DNA of 32,000 nt from Halorhodospira halophila SL1 (GTDB lineage Bacteria > Pseudomonadota > Gammaproteobacteria > Nitrococcales > Halorhodospiraceae): positions 540,001-572,000 of the forward strand of contig NC_008789.1 of the NCBI RefSeq assembly GCF_000015585.1, read 5' to 3'. The notes beneath the pieces were generated by a model. The model was given only the letters and a program-made list of their open reading frames with translations, ran no database searches and was not told where the DNA came from. The translations under genes were made by a program, and so were the position numbers. Of the stretch, positions 17,137-26,318 are shown one piece after another (within the stretch, counting starts at the first letter, position 1; each line of letters begins with the position of its first letter).

Positions 17137-18627
17137 ATGCCACGATACCACGCCCACCGCCGCCGGCCGGCCCTGCTGGCCACCGGCCTGGGCAGTGCGA
17201 CGCTGCTGCTCGGCAGCGCCCACGCCCAGTCGCCCGCTGACGACCCCGCCGTGGAGCCGGGTCCGGAGCCCACGGTCAGCGCCGATCCGGGGCCGATGCA
17301 ACGGGCCAGCGCCTCCAGCGAACAGATCGGCGCCGGCACGCTGATGAACCCGTCGATCTCGGTCATCTTCGACGGCGTCTACGGCAACGAGTTCTCCGGC
17401 CACGTCGGCGACCCCGGCGGCTTCGGCATGGGCCACAGCCACGGGCATGGCCACGGCCACGATCACGCCCACGGCATTGAGGACGGCTTCCAGCTGCGCG
17501 AGACGGAGTTCGCCTTCGAGGCCTCGGTGGACCCGTACTTCGACGCCTTCGCCATGCTGGTGGTCGAGGGCACCGACCACATCGACCTGGAGGAGGCGTA
17601 CTTCACCACCCGCGCCCTGCCCTGGGGCCTGCAGGTGAAGGCCGGGCGCTTCCTCTCGGATATCGGCTACATCAACAGCCAGCACCCCCACGAGTGGGAC
17701 TTCGTGGACCGCCCGCTGGTCAGCGAACACCTCTTCGGCGACCACGGCATCCAGGAGACCGGCGTGCAACTCAACTGGCTGGCACCGACCCGGACCTACC
17801 TGAAGTTCGGCGCCGAGATCCTGGAGGGGGAGACGAGCGGGATTGCGGCCTATGAGGGCGAGACAAGCACACGGCCCGGTTGGATCGATGGAGACGGCGC
17901 GCCGGAGCGCCACAGGACGGAAGAATTGGATCTCCCCTTCTCCGACTCAACGGGACCTCGGCTTGCCACGCTCTTCGCCAAGTGGGGGCCCGACCTGGGC
18001 TTCAACCACGCCGCGCAGTTTGGCGCCTCGGCTGGATACGCCAGCGCGTGGCAACGGATGGAAGAGCACAGCGAAGGCCTTCGCGTCGAAGCCTGGGATG
18101 GGGACGCCTGGTTTGCTGGCCTCGATGCCGTCTACAAGTTCGATCCGCCAGGTAGCTACCAGGGCGCCGGCCAACTGACGCTCCAAGGCGAGTACTTCTA
18201 CAGGAACATCGATTCCGATTTCTATTACTACAACCACGACGATGCCAACAACTGGGAACGAGAGACTGCAGATGCCGACGGGACCTCGGGCAGTTTCAAA
18301 CAGGATGGTCTCTACGTGCAGGCCGTCTATGGCATTGCCCCGCGCTGGCGCTCCGGCATCCGCGCCGAGGCGCTGGGCCTGCTCGAGAACCAGGCGTGGC
18401 ATGATCGGGATGACGGCAACGGCTACACGGACCTGGACACCTCCTACCGCTACTCCGCCAATGTGACCTTCTACCCGTCGCACTTCTCCTACATCCGGGC
18501 GCAGGTGAACTATTCGGACTTTGCTGACGGCACGCCGGACGACCCGGATACGCACGACGAGGACGCCTGGCAGGTCATGCTCCAGTACAACCTGAGCCTC
18601 GGCGCCCACGGCGCCCATCCGTTCTGA
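17137..18627 (+). CDS. Secreted His-rich outer-membrane beta-barrel (porin-like) protein, first gene of the metal-uptake module
   Basis: ATG 17137 has a GGGGGGAG SD 8 nt upstream. The signal peptide is MPRYHAHRRRPALLATGLGSATLLLGSAHA/QS. A GHSHGHGHGHDHAHG tract is present. Aromatic-rich alternating segments are followed by a C-terminal ...VMLQYNLSLGAHGAHPF ending in Phe. The ORF-track start at 16912 adds 75 implausible residues. Confidence 0.6.
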   Translation: MPRYHAHRRRPALLATGLGSATLLLGSAHAQSPADDPAVEPGPEPTVSADPGPMQRASASSEQIGAGTLMNPSISVIFDGVYGNEFSGHVGDPGGFGMGHSHGHGHGHDHAHGIEDGFQLRETEFAFEASVDPYFDAFAMLVVEGTDHIDLEEAYFTTRALPWGLQVKAGRFLSDIGYINSQHPHEWDFVDRPLVSEHLFGDHGIQETGVQLNWLAPTRTYLKFGAEILEGETSGIAAYEGETSTRPGWIDGDGAPERHRTEELDLPFSDSTGPRLATLFAKWGPDLGFNHAAQFGASAGYASAWQRMEEHSEGLRVEAWDGDAWFAGLDAVYKFDPPGSYQGAGQLTLQGEYFYRNIDSDFYYYNHDDANNWERETADADGTSGSFKQDGLYVQAVYGIAPRWRSGIRAEALGLLENQAWHDRDDGNGYTDLDTSYRYSANVTFYPSHFSYIRAQVNYSDFADGTPDDPDTHDEDAWQVMLQYNLSLGAHGAHPF

Positions 18628-18659
18628 GCGCGCCGCGCCGCAATCGCAGAGGGAGTCGA

Positions 18660-19562
18660 ATGATGTTCAAGCGCATCCTTGCCGCCGCGGTCCTCAGCAC
18701 CGCCCTCGCCGCCGGCCCGGCCGCGGCGGAGCGGCTGGAGGTGGCCGCGACCACCACCAACATGGCCATGATCACCCAGGAGGTGGGGGGCGACCATGTG
18801 GAGGTCACCACCATGGCCCCGCCGGACCGCGACGCCCACTACCTCGAGGCGCGGCCGTCGATGATGGCCGCCCTGCGCGGGGCCGATCTGATCGTCTCCG
18901 TGGGCGCCGAACTGGAGGAGGGCTGGGTGCCCGCCGCCATCCGCGGGGCCAACAACCCGGATGTACAGATCGGCCAGGACGGCTACTTCGAGGCCGCCGC
19001 CCAGGTGGAGCTGATCGGCCAGACCGGCCACGCCGACCGCGCCCGGGGCGACGTCCACCCGGCGGGCAACCCCCACGTCTACCTGGATCCGGTGCGCCTG
19101 GCCGAGGTCGGCCAGGCCCTCGCCTCGCGTCTGGCCGACCTGGCCCCGGAGCACGCCGAGACCTTCTACGACAACGCCGACGCCTTCCAGGCCGCCGTCG
19201 AGGAGCGGATGCCGGACTGGGAGGCGCGCGTCGCCGACGCCCCCGGGGTGCTCCTCTTCCACGAGGACATCGACTACCTCCTCCACCGCCTGGATGTACC
19301 GCTGCACGGCTACCTGGAGCCGCTGCCCGGGGTGCCGCCAACGGCCCGCCACCTCCGGCGGCTGGTTAACGAGCTGGGCGACGAGCGGGGGGTCACCCTG
19401 TTCACCGACTTCCAGCCGGCGGACGGCGCGCGCTTTATCGAACGCCAGCTGGGCTGGTCCTACTACAGCCTGCCCACCCAGGTGCCGGTGGACGGCGACG
19501 CCGAGGACTACTTCCAGGTCATCGACGACCTGGTTGAGGCCATCGCCTCGCCAGCCTCCTGA
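18660..19562 (+). CDS. znuA: Periplasmic metal-binding protein, cluster A-I (ZnuA/TroA family), Zn-type ligand set
   Basis: 300 aa with signal peptide MMFKRILAAAVLSTALAAGPAAA. Family motifs are present: DAHYLEARPS, GNPHVYLD and LLFHEDIDYL. His rather than Glu at the third ligand position points to Zn rather than Mn. Confidence 0.75.
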   Translation: MMFKRILAAAVLSTALAAGPAAAERLEVAATTTNMAMITQEVGGDHVEVTTMAPPDRDAHYLEARPSMMAALRGADLIVSVGAELEEGWVPAAIRGANNPDVQIGQDGYFEAAAQVELIGQTGHADRARGDVHPAGNPHVYLDPVRLAEVGQALASRLADLAPEHAETFYDNADAFQAAVEERMPDWEARVADAPGVLLFHEDIDYLLHRLDVPLHGYLEPLPGVPPTARHLRRLVNELGDERGVTLFTDFQPADGARFIERQLGWSYYSLPTQVPVDGDAEDYFQVIDDLVEAIASPAS

Positions 19563-19626
19563 GCCGACCGATGGGCGCGGCGCAGGCTGGTCAGCCGGCG
19601 CCGTGCCCCTTACCATAAGGCGGCCT

Positions 19627-19654
19627 CGGGCGGGGCACCCCCGCCCGTTTCGTT
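19627..19654 (+). terminator. GC-rich hairpin with a short T-tract between the znuA-like and znuC-like genes (partial terminator or attenuator candidate)
   Basis: CGGGCGGGG-CAC-CCCCGCCCG forms a perfect 9-bp stem with a 3-nt loop, followed by TTTCGTT. It lies in the 115-bp spacer after the binding-protein gene. Confidence 0.45.
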
Positions 19655-19677
19655 CCCCCGAACCAGAAGGTTCCACC

Positions 19678-20277
19678 GTGGCGCAACCGCTCCTCGAGGT
19701 CGAGCAGCTGCAGGCCGGCTATGCCGAGCCGGTGGTCGGCCCGATCTCGCTCCAGGTCCACCCCGGCGAGGTCATCGGCCTGGCCGGCCCCAACGGCTCC
19801 GGCAAGAGCACCGTGCTCAGTGTCCTTACCGGCCGGGCGCAGCGCTTCGGCGGCCGGGTGCACACCCGCAGCGGCGCCGGCATCGCCTGCCAGTCCCAGG
19901 CCCCCTACCAGGGCGGCGAGCTACCCCTGCGCGGCGATGAGCTCCTGGCGCTCATGGGCGCCGACCCGGGCATCCTGCCGGAGCCCCTGCAGCCGCTGCT
20001 GCGCCGGCGCATCGACCGGCTCAGCGGCGGCCAGCGGCAGAGCCTGCTGGTCTGGTCGGTGCTCGGCCACCCCGGGGGCCTGGTACTCCTCGACGAGCCC
20101 ACCAACAACCTCGACGCCCGCGGCCGGCAGCTGCTCATCGAGGGACTGACCCGGCTCGACGCCCGGCGCGGCGCTCTGGTCATCAGCCACGACGCCGACT
20201 TCATCCGCCAGGTCTGCCACCGGGTCGTCACCCTGGAGCCGGGCGGACGCCTGCAGCAGACGGAGGCAGCGGCGTAA
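19678..20277 (+). CDS. znuC: ABC transporter ATP-binding protein of the metal-uptake module
   Basis: GTG 19678 is preceded by AGAAGG. It has Walker A GPNGSGKST, signature LSGGQRQ and Walker B LVLLDEPTNNLD. The ORF-track N-terminal extension (19294-19677) overlaps znuA out of frame and is rejected. Confidence 0.8.
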   Translation: MAQPLLEVEQLQAGYAEPVVGPISLQVHPGEVIGLAGPNGSGKSTVLSVLTGRAQRFGGRVHTRSGAGIACQSQAPYQGGELPLRGDELLALMGADPGILPEPLQPLLRRRIDRLSGGQRQSLLVWSVLGHPGGLVLLDEPTNNLDARGRQLLIEGLTRLDARRGALVISHDADFIRQVCHRVVTLEPGGRLQQTEAAA

Positions 20278-21077
20278 TGGAGCTGCTCTTCGACCCGCTG
20301 TTCCGCCTGCCCTTCTTCGCCGGACTGACCGCCGCCGTGGCGGTGGCGGTGGTCGGGCTGTACCTGCGCCTGCGCGGCGAGTGGCTGGCCGCCCTGGGCT
20401 TCGCCCACCTGGCCGGTGCCGGCGGCGTGGCGGGACTGCTGCTGGGCGCACCGCCGCTGGCGGCCGCCCTGGGAGCGAGTGCGGTAGCGGTGGCGATCAA
20501 GGGCGCCCTGCACCGCACCGGCAACGACGTCTACGCCTGGCTGATCCTCTTCGGCTGGGCGGCCATGATGCTCGGCGCCTCGATGACCTACCACGCCAAG
20601 CTCCTTGGCGAGAACCTGATCGAGGGGCAACTCTACTTCGTCGGCGCGGAGGAGCTGTGGGCCACGCTGGCCGTCGCCGGCACCACGGCACTGGTGCTGC
20701 CGATGCTCTCGCGGCGGCTGCTGCGCCACGAGCTCTTCCCCGGCCACGACGCTGCCAACGGCAAGCCGCTGTGGCCGGTCACCCTGGGCTTCGATCTGAT
20801 CGCTGCGGCGGTGGTGGCGATCACCGCGCTGGTAATGGGGGTGATGGCCGCCTTCGCCCTGGTCTTCATCCCGGCGTGGCTGGCCTTCGCCCTGGCCGGG
20901 GGGTGGCGACGTGCCGTGGCCTGGACCGCGGGGCTGGCGGCAGCGATCTACACCGCGTCGTTCGTGACCGCGATGGCCCTGGACCTACCCTTCGCCACGG
21001 TGCTGGTGGGCATCGCCGCAGCCCTGGCACCGCTGCGCCTGGCCGCGGGCCGACTCGGCGGCCGGCATCAGGCGTAG
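20277..21077 (+). CDS. znuB: ABC-3 family metal transporter permease
   Basis: 266 aa polytopic membrane protein. Its ATG overlaps the znuC-like TAA by 1 nt, and the gene order is typical of ZnuB/TroCD-type permeases. Confidence 0.75.
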   Translation: MELLFDPLFRLPFFAGLTAAVAVAVVGLYLRLRGEWLAALGFAHLAGAGGVAGLLLGAPPLAAALGASAVAVAIKGALHRTGNDVYAWLILFGWAAMMLGASMTYHAKLLGENLIEGQLYFVGAEELWATLAVAGTTALVLPMLSRRLLRHELFPGHDAANGKPLWPVTLGFDLIAAAVVAITALVMGVMAAFALVFIPAWLAFALAGGWRRAVAWTAGLAAAIYTASFVTAMALDLPFATVLVGIAAALAPLRLAAGRLGGRHQA

Positions 21078-22450
21078 TGATCCACCAGGCCGCGGCCGGC
21101 ACTACCGGCGGCGGCCTCATCGCCCTCCTCGCCCGGACCCGCGGCGGCCTGTAGGGGCTCGCCGGTCTCCGGGTCGGTGTCTTCGGCTTCACCGCCCTCG
21201 CCCTGGGAGATGTTCACGTCCACTTCGCCCTGGCCCTGGTCGGCGAGGAGCTGCTTGAGCCGCTCCAGGTCCTGCTCCAGCGCCTCGCGGGTGGCGGCGT
21301 TGTGGGTGGTGATATTCACCGTGGTGCGCTCGTCACCGACGTTGATCTGGATATCCAGCGGGCCGAGCCCGGGGGGGTTGAGCTGTAACCGGGCCTGCTG
21401 GATGTTCTCGTTGACCATCCACACCACCCGCTCGCCAACGGCCGGGGTGAAGCCCTGCTGGCCCACCGGCTGCTGCACGGTGAACTGCATGCCGCCCCCG
21501 CGCTGGCTGCCGTCCAGCCCCTGGGCGGCAGCCAGCAGCCCGCTGAACTCACCGCGGGCGGCACTGCCCTCGTCACCGCCGCGGCTGCCTGGCTGCAGCG
21601 CCTGGAGCAGGGCCTCGGCGGCGGGGCTGCGCTCGCCGCTACCGGTCTGCCCGCCCTGGGTGCCGGTCTGCCCGCCGGAAAGATCCAGCCCGCCCGAGGC
21701 GGCATGGAGGAGCCCGCCGGCGCGCAGCTCCCGGGTGATCTGATCGCCGAGGGCGGTGTTGCGCCCGCCCTCCGGCTCGTCACCGATGCCCCCGCCGAAG
21801 AGCGTGGCGGTGCTGGCGGCGACGGCGGCCAGGCCCTCGGCGTCGGCAGTGTGCTCGGGGTCGTCCAGGTGGGCCAGGCGCTCCTGCAGCGTGGCGATCA
21901 GCTCCTTGCCCGAGAGCCCCTCGTCTTCCAGCTCGGCCAGGGCCTGGAGGACCTCGGCGCGCTCGGCCGCCAGCTGGCGCTGGCCCTCGAGCCACGCCTC
22001 GACCCGCTCGAGCTTGTCCGACTCCCCCTCAAGCAGCGCCTTGAGCTTGGCGGAGAGTTCCTCGGGGTCGGCGCTGCCCAGCTCCTTGAGCACCGCCGGA
22101 TCGAGCCCCTCCAGGGCCTGCTCGGCATCACCCTCGCCGACCCCGGCCAGGGCGTCCATGACCGCCTGCAGCTTCTCGGGGAGCTCGTCGACATCCAGGC
22201 CGAGCTCCTCAAGTTCGGACGGCAGGATCTCGCCGTCCAGCGGCAAGCCCTCGCCGTCGAGCTTGCCGCCGAGGGCGTCAAGCAGGCCCTTGAGGTCGGC
22301 CTCATCAATGCCCGCCTCTTTGAGCGCCGGGGTCTCCAGCAGCGCCTCCAGGAACCCGCCGGCCTCGCCCTTACCGTCCAGGGCGGCGCCCTCCGGGCGC
22401 TTGCGGCCCGCGGCTTCGAGATCGAGGGCGGCGAGGTCGGTGAGGGGCAT
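21068..22450 (-). CDS. fliK: Flagellar hook-length control protein FliK
   Basis: The C-terminal Flg_hook domain reads ARLQLNPPGLGPLDIQINVGDERTTVNITTHNAATREALEQDLERLKQLL. The N-terminal two thirds are acidic and low in complexity. The preferred start is ATG 22450 (MPLTDLAAL...) with GGAGGAA 5 nt upstream. The ORF-track TTG at 22498 lies inside a sigma54-like promoter. Confidence 0.85.
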   Translation of the reverse strand: MPLTDLAALDLEAAGRKRPEGAALDGKGEAGGFLEALLETPALKEAGIDEADLKGLLDALGGKLDGEGLPLDGEILPSELEELGLDVDELPEKLQAVMDALAGVGEGDAEQALEGLDPAVLKELGSADPEELSAKLKALLEGESDKLERVEAWLEGQRQLAAERAEVLQALAELEDEGLSGKELIATLQERLAHLDDPEHTADAEGLAAVAASTATLFGGGIGDEPEGGRNTALGDQITRELRAGGLLHAASGGLDLSGGQTGTQGGQTGSGERSPAAEALLQALQPGSRGGDEGSAARGEFSGLLAAAQGLDGSQRGGGMQFTVQQPVGQQGFTPAVGERVVWMVNENIQQARLQLNPPGLGPLDIQINVGDERTTVNITTHNAATREALEQDLERLKQLLADQGQGEVDVNISQGEGGEAEDTDPETGEPLQAAAGPGEEGDEAAAGSAGRGLVDHYA

Positions 22451-22493
22451 GGGGGTTCCTCCAGGGGTGGCAGCGGTCGCGTCCCGGGAATGA

Positions 22494-22509
22494 AGCAAGA
22501 TCCGAACCA
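22494..22509 (-). promoter_or_regulatory. Sigma54 (-24/-12) promoter candidate upstream of fliK
   Basis: The minus strand reads TGGTTC-GGATC-TTGCT, with GG and GC at consensus spacing. It lies in the fliJ-fliK spacer about 45 nt upstream of ATG 22450. Confidence 0.5.
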
Positions 22510-22535
22510 GCCCGGCGACCCGGGCGCTGGGGCCG

Positions 22536-23000
22536 CTAGCCGCCCTTGCCGGGCAGATCCCCCCGCTGCACGGCGTGGTAGAGCATACGCGCCACCTCGT
22601 CGGACTTTTGGCGCTCGCGCCGCTCGGCCTCCGCCTGCTCGGCCTCGGCGCGGCGCTCCACCACCTTCTCGATGGTGCGGTGCTCGCCCCAGCGGCGTAG
22701 CCACTCCTTGTGCAGCTGGGTGACCCGTCGCTGCAGTTGGGCGATCTGCTGGCGCTGCTGGACGATGGCCTCGTCGAGACGGGTCAGGAAGGCGTTGTAA
22801 TCGCGCAGGCGGGCCGCCTCGATGGCGCCATCCTGGTTGAGTTGGCGGCGGTACTCCTGGCGCATCTCCAGGATCTCCTCCAGGCGCGCCTCGCCCTGAC
22901 GCAGCTCCCCCTCGGCCCGCGCCAATTGGCTGGCGGCCTGCTCCTTGCGCTGATCGGTCAGCCGCTCCACCGGACGCAGCCGCTCCGCCCCCTTGCTCAT
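22536..23000 (-). CDS. fliJ: Flagellar export chaperone/stalk protein FliJ
   Basis: 154 aa coiled-coil protein ([43 protein letters not shown]). It lies after fliI with a 4-nt overlap. Confidence 0.8.
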   Translation of the reverse strand: MSKGAERLRPVERLTDQRKEQAASQLARAEGELRQGEARLEEILEMRQEYRRQLNQDGAIEAARLRDYNAFLTRLDEAIVQQRQQIAQLQRRVTQLHKEWLRRWGEHRTIEKVVERRAEAEQAEAERRERQKSDEVARMLYHAVQRGDLPGKGG

Positions 23001-24346
23001 CCGTTCACCTCACCGGTCAATCGTCCCAGGGACGCCAGGGACTCGTCGAAATCCACCGCCTCGCTGACGTCCTGCTGCAAAAAGGCGCGCAGCCGCGGCT
23101 GGTACTGGATAGCCTGATCGACCAGCGGGTCCGAACCGCGCTGGTAGGCGCCGACACTGATCAGGTCCTCGTTCTGGCGGTAGGCGGCATAGAGCTCCCG
23201 GAAGCGCTGCGCCGCCTTCTGGTGCCGCCCCTCGGTGATGGCCATCATGGCGCGGCTGATGGAGGCCTCGACATCCACCGCCGGATAGACCCCGGAATCG
23301 GCCAGGCTACGGGAGAGCACCAGGTGGCCGTCGAGGATGGCCCGGGCCGAATCGGCGATGGGCTCCTGCTGGTCGTCGCCCTCGACCAGCACGGTGTAGA
23401 AGGCGGTGATCGAGCCGCCGCCGTCGGGGCCATTGCCGGCGCGCTCGACCAGGCGCGGCAGCAGGCCGAAGACCGACGGCGGGTACCCCTTGGTAGTGGG
23501 CGGCTCGCCGATGGCCAGACCGATCTCGCGCTGCGCCTGGGCGTAGCGGGTGAGCGAGTCCATCAGCAGCAGGACGTTGTAGCCCTGGTCCCGGAAGTAT
23601 TCGGCGATGCTGGTCGCGCGCATGGCGCCGTGGAGCCGGAACAGCGGCGAGGTATCGGCGGGCGCCGCCACCACCACGGCCCGGGCCAGGCCGTGCCGCC
23701 CGAGGATCTCGGTGATGAACTCGCGCACCTCGCGCCCCCGCTCGCCGATGAGCCCGACCACCACCACATCGGCGGTGGTGTAGCGGGTCATCATCCCCAG
23801 CAGCACGCTCTTGCCCACACCGGAGCCAGCGAACAGGCCCATGCGCTGCCCGCGTCCGACGGTGAACAGGGCGTTGATCGAACGTACGCCGACGTCCAGC
23901 GGCGCAGCGATCGGTGCGCGCTCGAGGGGGTTGATCGGCTCGGCCATGAGCGGCGTGCGCTCCCGGGCCTTGAGCGGGCCGCCGCCGTCGATGGGCTGGC
24001 CACCGCCATCAATGACCCGGCCGAGCAGCTCCTCGCCGACCCGGGCCTGGGCGCCGCTGCCCCGGGGAATGACCCGGGCGTTGGGCATGACGCCGCGCAG
24101 ATCGCCGGTAGGCATGAGGTAGAGGCGGTCGCCGGCGAAGCCGACCACCTCGGCCTCGACACCGCCCTGGCCGTCCTCGATGGTGCAGCGGGCGCCGAGG
24201 GGCGCCCGGCACCCCTCGGCCTCCAGGGTCAGCCCGACCATGCGCCGCAGCACCCCCTCCACCGGCGGGCGCACGGCCTCGACGTGCTCGACCCGACGGC
24301 GTACCCGGGCGGTCCAGTCCTGACCCAGGCCGGAGACGACGCTCAT
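22997..24346 (-). CDS. fliI: Flagellum-specific ATPase FliI
   Basis: 449 aa with Walker [12 protein letters not shown] and Walker [12 protein letters not shown]. The overall architecture is F1-beta-like. Confidence 0.95.
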   Translation of the reverse strand: MSVVSGLGQDWTARVRRRVEHVEAVRPPVEGVLRRMVGLTLEAEGCRAPLGARCTIEDGQGGVEAEVVGFAGDRLYLMPTGDLRGVMPNARVIPRGSGAQARVGEELLGRVIDGGGQPIDGGGPLKARERTPLMAEPINPLERAPIAAPLDVGVRSINALFTVGRGQRMGLFAGSGVGKSVLLGMMTRYTTADVVVVGLIGERGREVREFITEILGRHGLARAVVVAAPADTSPLFRLHGAMRATSIAEYFRDQGYNVLLLMDSLTRYAQAQREIGLAIGEPPTTKGYPPSVFGLLPRLVERAGNGPDGGGSITAFYTVLVEGDDQQEPIADSARAILDGHLVLSRSLADSGVYPAVDVEASISRAMMAITEGRHQKAAQRFRELYAAYRQNEDLISVGAYQRGSDPLVDQAIQYQPRLRAFLQQDVSEAVDFDESLASLGRLTGEVNG

Positions 24347-25266
24347 CGGCCGCCCTCTTCGTCGCCGGCCTGAGCCTTGGCAGTCTCGCTGGAATCGGTT
24401 GCGCCTTCCGAATCGCTCTCCGCCGCATCGGGGGCGCGCCCGCGGTAGCTGCGCTCCACGGTCTCGCCCGCCTCGACGGCGTGGGCGTCGCCGAGCAGCT
24501 GTTCGGCGACGGCGTCCAGACGCCGCTCGACGGTGGCATCGACCCGCGAGGTCTCGGTGGTCACGATACAGCCACCGGGGGTCAGGTGGGCGTCGGCGAC
24601 CACCGACCAGCCCTTGTCGCCGACTTCGGTGCCGAGCTGCTCGGTGATGAAACCGTGCTCATCCGGGTGGACCTGGATGGTCAGTCCGCGCCCCTGGGCT
24701 GGCAGCTCGCGCAGCGCCTGGCGCACGGCGGCCAGGACGTGCTTGGGCTCCGCCCGCAGCTCTTCGAGGACCAGCCGCCGGGCGACGGCGAAAACCAGGT
24801 GCAGCAGCTCGTCCTCGGCGTCCCGATCGAGCTGCTCCAGGGGGCGCCCCAGGGTATCGAGCAGCGTCCGCAGCCGGCGCACCAGCACCGCACCGGCCCG
24901 CCGCCCGTCGCTCTGCCCGGCCTGCAGCCCCTCGGGGTAGCCGGCGTGGAAGCCCTCGTGGCGCCCCGCCTCGTAACCCTCCTGATGCCCCTGGCGCCGG
25001 GCGGTGGCGCGGATCTCCTCGATCTCCTCGACGGTGGGCAGCGCGCGCCGCGCCTCGTCCTCCATGCGCAGCCGCTCGGCCACGGCCTGGCGGCGGCGCT
25101 CGCGCCGGCGCCGGCGCTTCTCACGCTCGATCCGCCGGGCCTGCTCCTGCTCGGCCTGGCGCTGCCGGTCGATCTCGGGCTGGTCGAAGTCGGGCGTCTC
25201 CCACGCCTCGGCCGTCTCGGCGAACTCTCCGGGGATGATGCGCAGGCGTCGATCGCCACTATCCAT
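24343..25266 (-). CDS. fliH: Flagellar assembly protein FliH
   Basis: 307 aa. A highly charged Arg/Glu coiled-coil N-terminal part is followed by the FliH C-terminal domain ([13 protein letters not shown]...[20 protein letters not shown]). It sits between fliG and fliI. ATG start with a GGAGGG SD. Confidence 0.8.
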   Translation of the reverse strand: MDSGDRRLRIIPGEFAETAEAWETPDFDQPEIDRQRQAEQEQARRIEREKRRRRRERRRQAVAERLRMEDEARRALPTVEEIEEIRATARRQGHQEGYEAGRHEGFHAGYPEGLQAGQSDGRRAGAVLVRRLRTLLDTLGRPLEQLDRDAEDELLHLVFAVARRLVLEELRAEPKHVLAAVRQALRELPAQGRGLTIQVHPDEHGFITEQLGTEVGDKGWSVVADAHLTPGGCIVTTETSRVDATVERRLDAVAEQLLGDAHAVEAGETVERSYRGRAPDAAESDSEGATDSSETAKAQAGDEEGGR

Positions 25267-25322
25267 CCGCGCCCTCCAGGCTGCGAAGACACCCCGGGCT
25301 CAGCGGCTCCGGGGGCTGGGAG

Positions 25323-26318
25323 TCAGACGTACTGGTCGGAGCTGCTGACCAGGTTGATGGTGCCCTCGTCGGCCATGCGCTTGGCCACGGCGAGGACCTC
25401 CTTCTGCGCGGCCTCGACGTCGGACAGGCGCGCCGGACCCATGGCCTCCAGGTCCTCCTGGAGCATCTCGCCGGCGCGACGCGAGAGGTTGTTCATGAAC
25501 TTGGCCTGCAGCTCCTCGCTGGCGCCCTTCAGGGCCAGGGTCAGCGAGCCGGTATCGATCTCGCGCAGGACCTGCTGCATGGAGCGATCGTCCATCTGCT
25601 TGAGGTCCTCGAAGACGAACATGAGCTCCTGGATGCGGTCGGCCAGCTCCTCGTCCAGCTCCTTGACGTTGTCCAGGATGGCCGTCTCGGTCTGACCGTC
25701 CATGTTGTTGAGGATGTTGGCCGCCGACTGAAGACCGCCGATGGTGGAGGACTTGAGCCGCTGCTGACCGGAGAACTGCTTCTCCATGATCTCATCGAGC
25801 TCCTGCAGCGCGCGCGGCTGGATGCCCTCGAGGGTGGCCACGCGCATGACGATGTCGTGGCGGACGCGCTCGGGCATCTCGGCCAGCACCAGCCCGGCCT
25901 GATCGGCCTCCAGATAGGAGAGCACGATGGCGATGATCTGCGGGTGCTCCAGGCGGATCATCTCGGCGATGGTCCGCGGGTCCAGCCACTTGAGCTGATC
26001 CAGACCGCGGGTGGTCCCGCCCATGACGATGCGGTCGATGATCGACCCGGCCTTCTCCTCGCCCAGGGCCTTGACCAGGGTGCTGCGGATGAAGTCGGTC
26101 GAGCCGATGCCCAGCGAGGTCTGCTCGGCGGCGGTCTGGATGAATTCGTCGAGGACCTCGTCGACCTGCTCGCGGCTGACGTTGCCGATCTGCGTCATGC
26201 CCAGGCCGAGCTTCTGCACCTCGCGAGGGCCCAGGTAGCGCATGATCTCGGCAGCGGCGTCCTCGCCGAGGGTGAGCATGAGGACCGCGGCGCGGTCGGT
26301 ACCCTTCATCATCGCCAT
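25323..26318 (-). CDS. fliG: Flagellar motor switch protein FliG
   Basis: 331 aa with the conserved EHPQIIAIVLSYL and MFVFEDL motifs and the C-terminal torque helix region. Confidence 0.95.
   Translation of the reverse strand: MAMMKGTDRAAVLMLTLGEDAAAEIMRYLGPREVQKLGLGMTQIGNVSREQVDEVLDEFIQTAAEQTSLGIGSTDFIRSTLVKALGEEKAGSIIDRIVMGGTTRGLDQLKWLDPRTIAEMIRLEHPQIIAIVLSYLEADQAGLVLAEMPERVRHDIVMRVATLEGIQPRALQELDEIMEKQFSGQQRLKSSTIGGLQSAANILNNMDGQTETAILDNVKELDEELADRIQELMFVFEDLKQMDDRSMQQVLREIDTGSLTLALKGASEELQAKFMNNLSRRAGEMLQEDLEAMGPARLSDVEAAQKEVLAVAKRMADEGTINLVSSSDQYV

Noticed and set aside
16902-21077. The metal-uptake insert as a mobile element or genomic island.
   Set aside because: There is no integrase, transposase or tRNA, and no flanking direct or inverted repeats. 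There is no visible compositional shift relative to the flagellar genes, and its ends are tightly interlocked with fliL and fliK.
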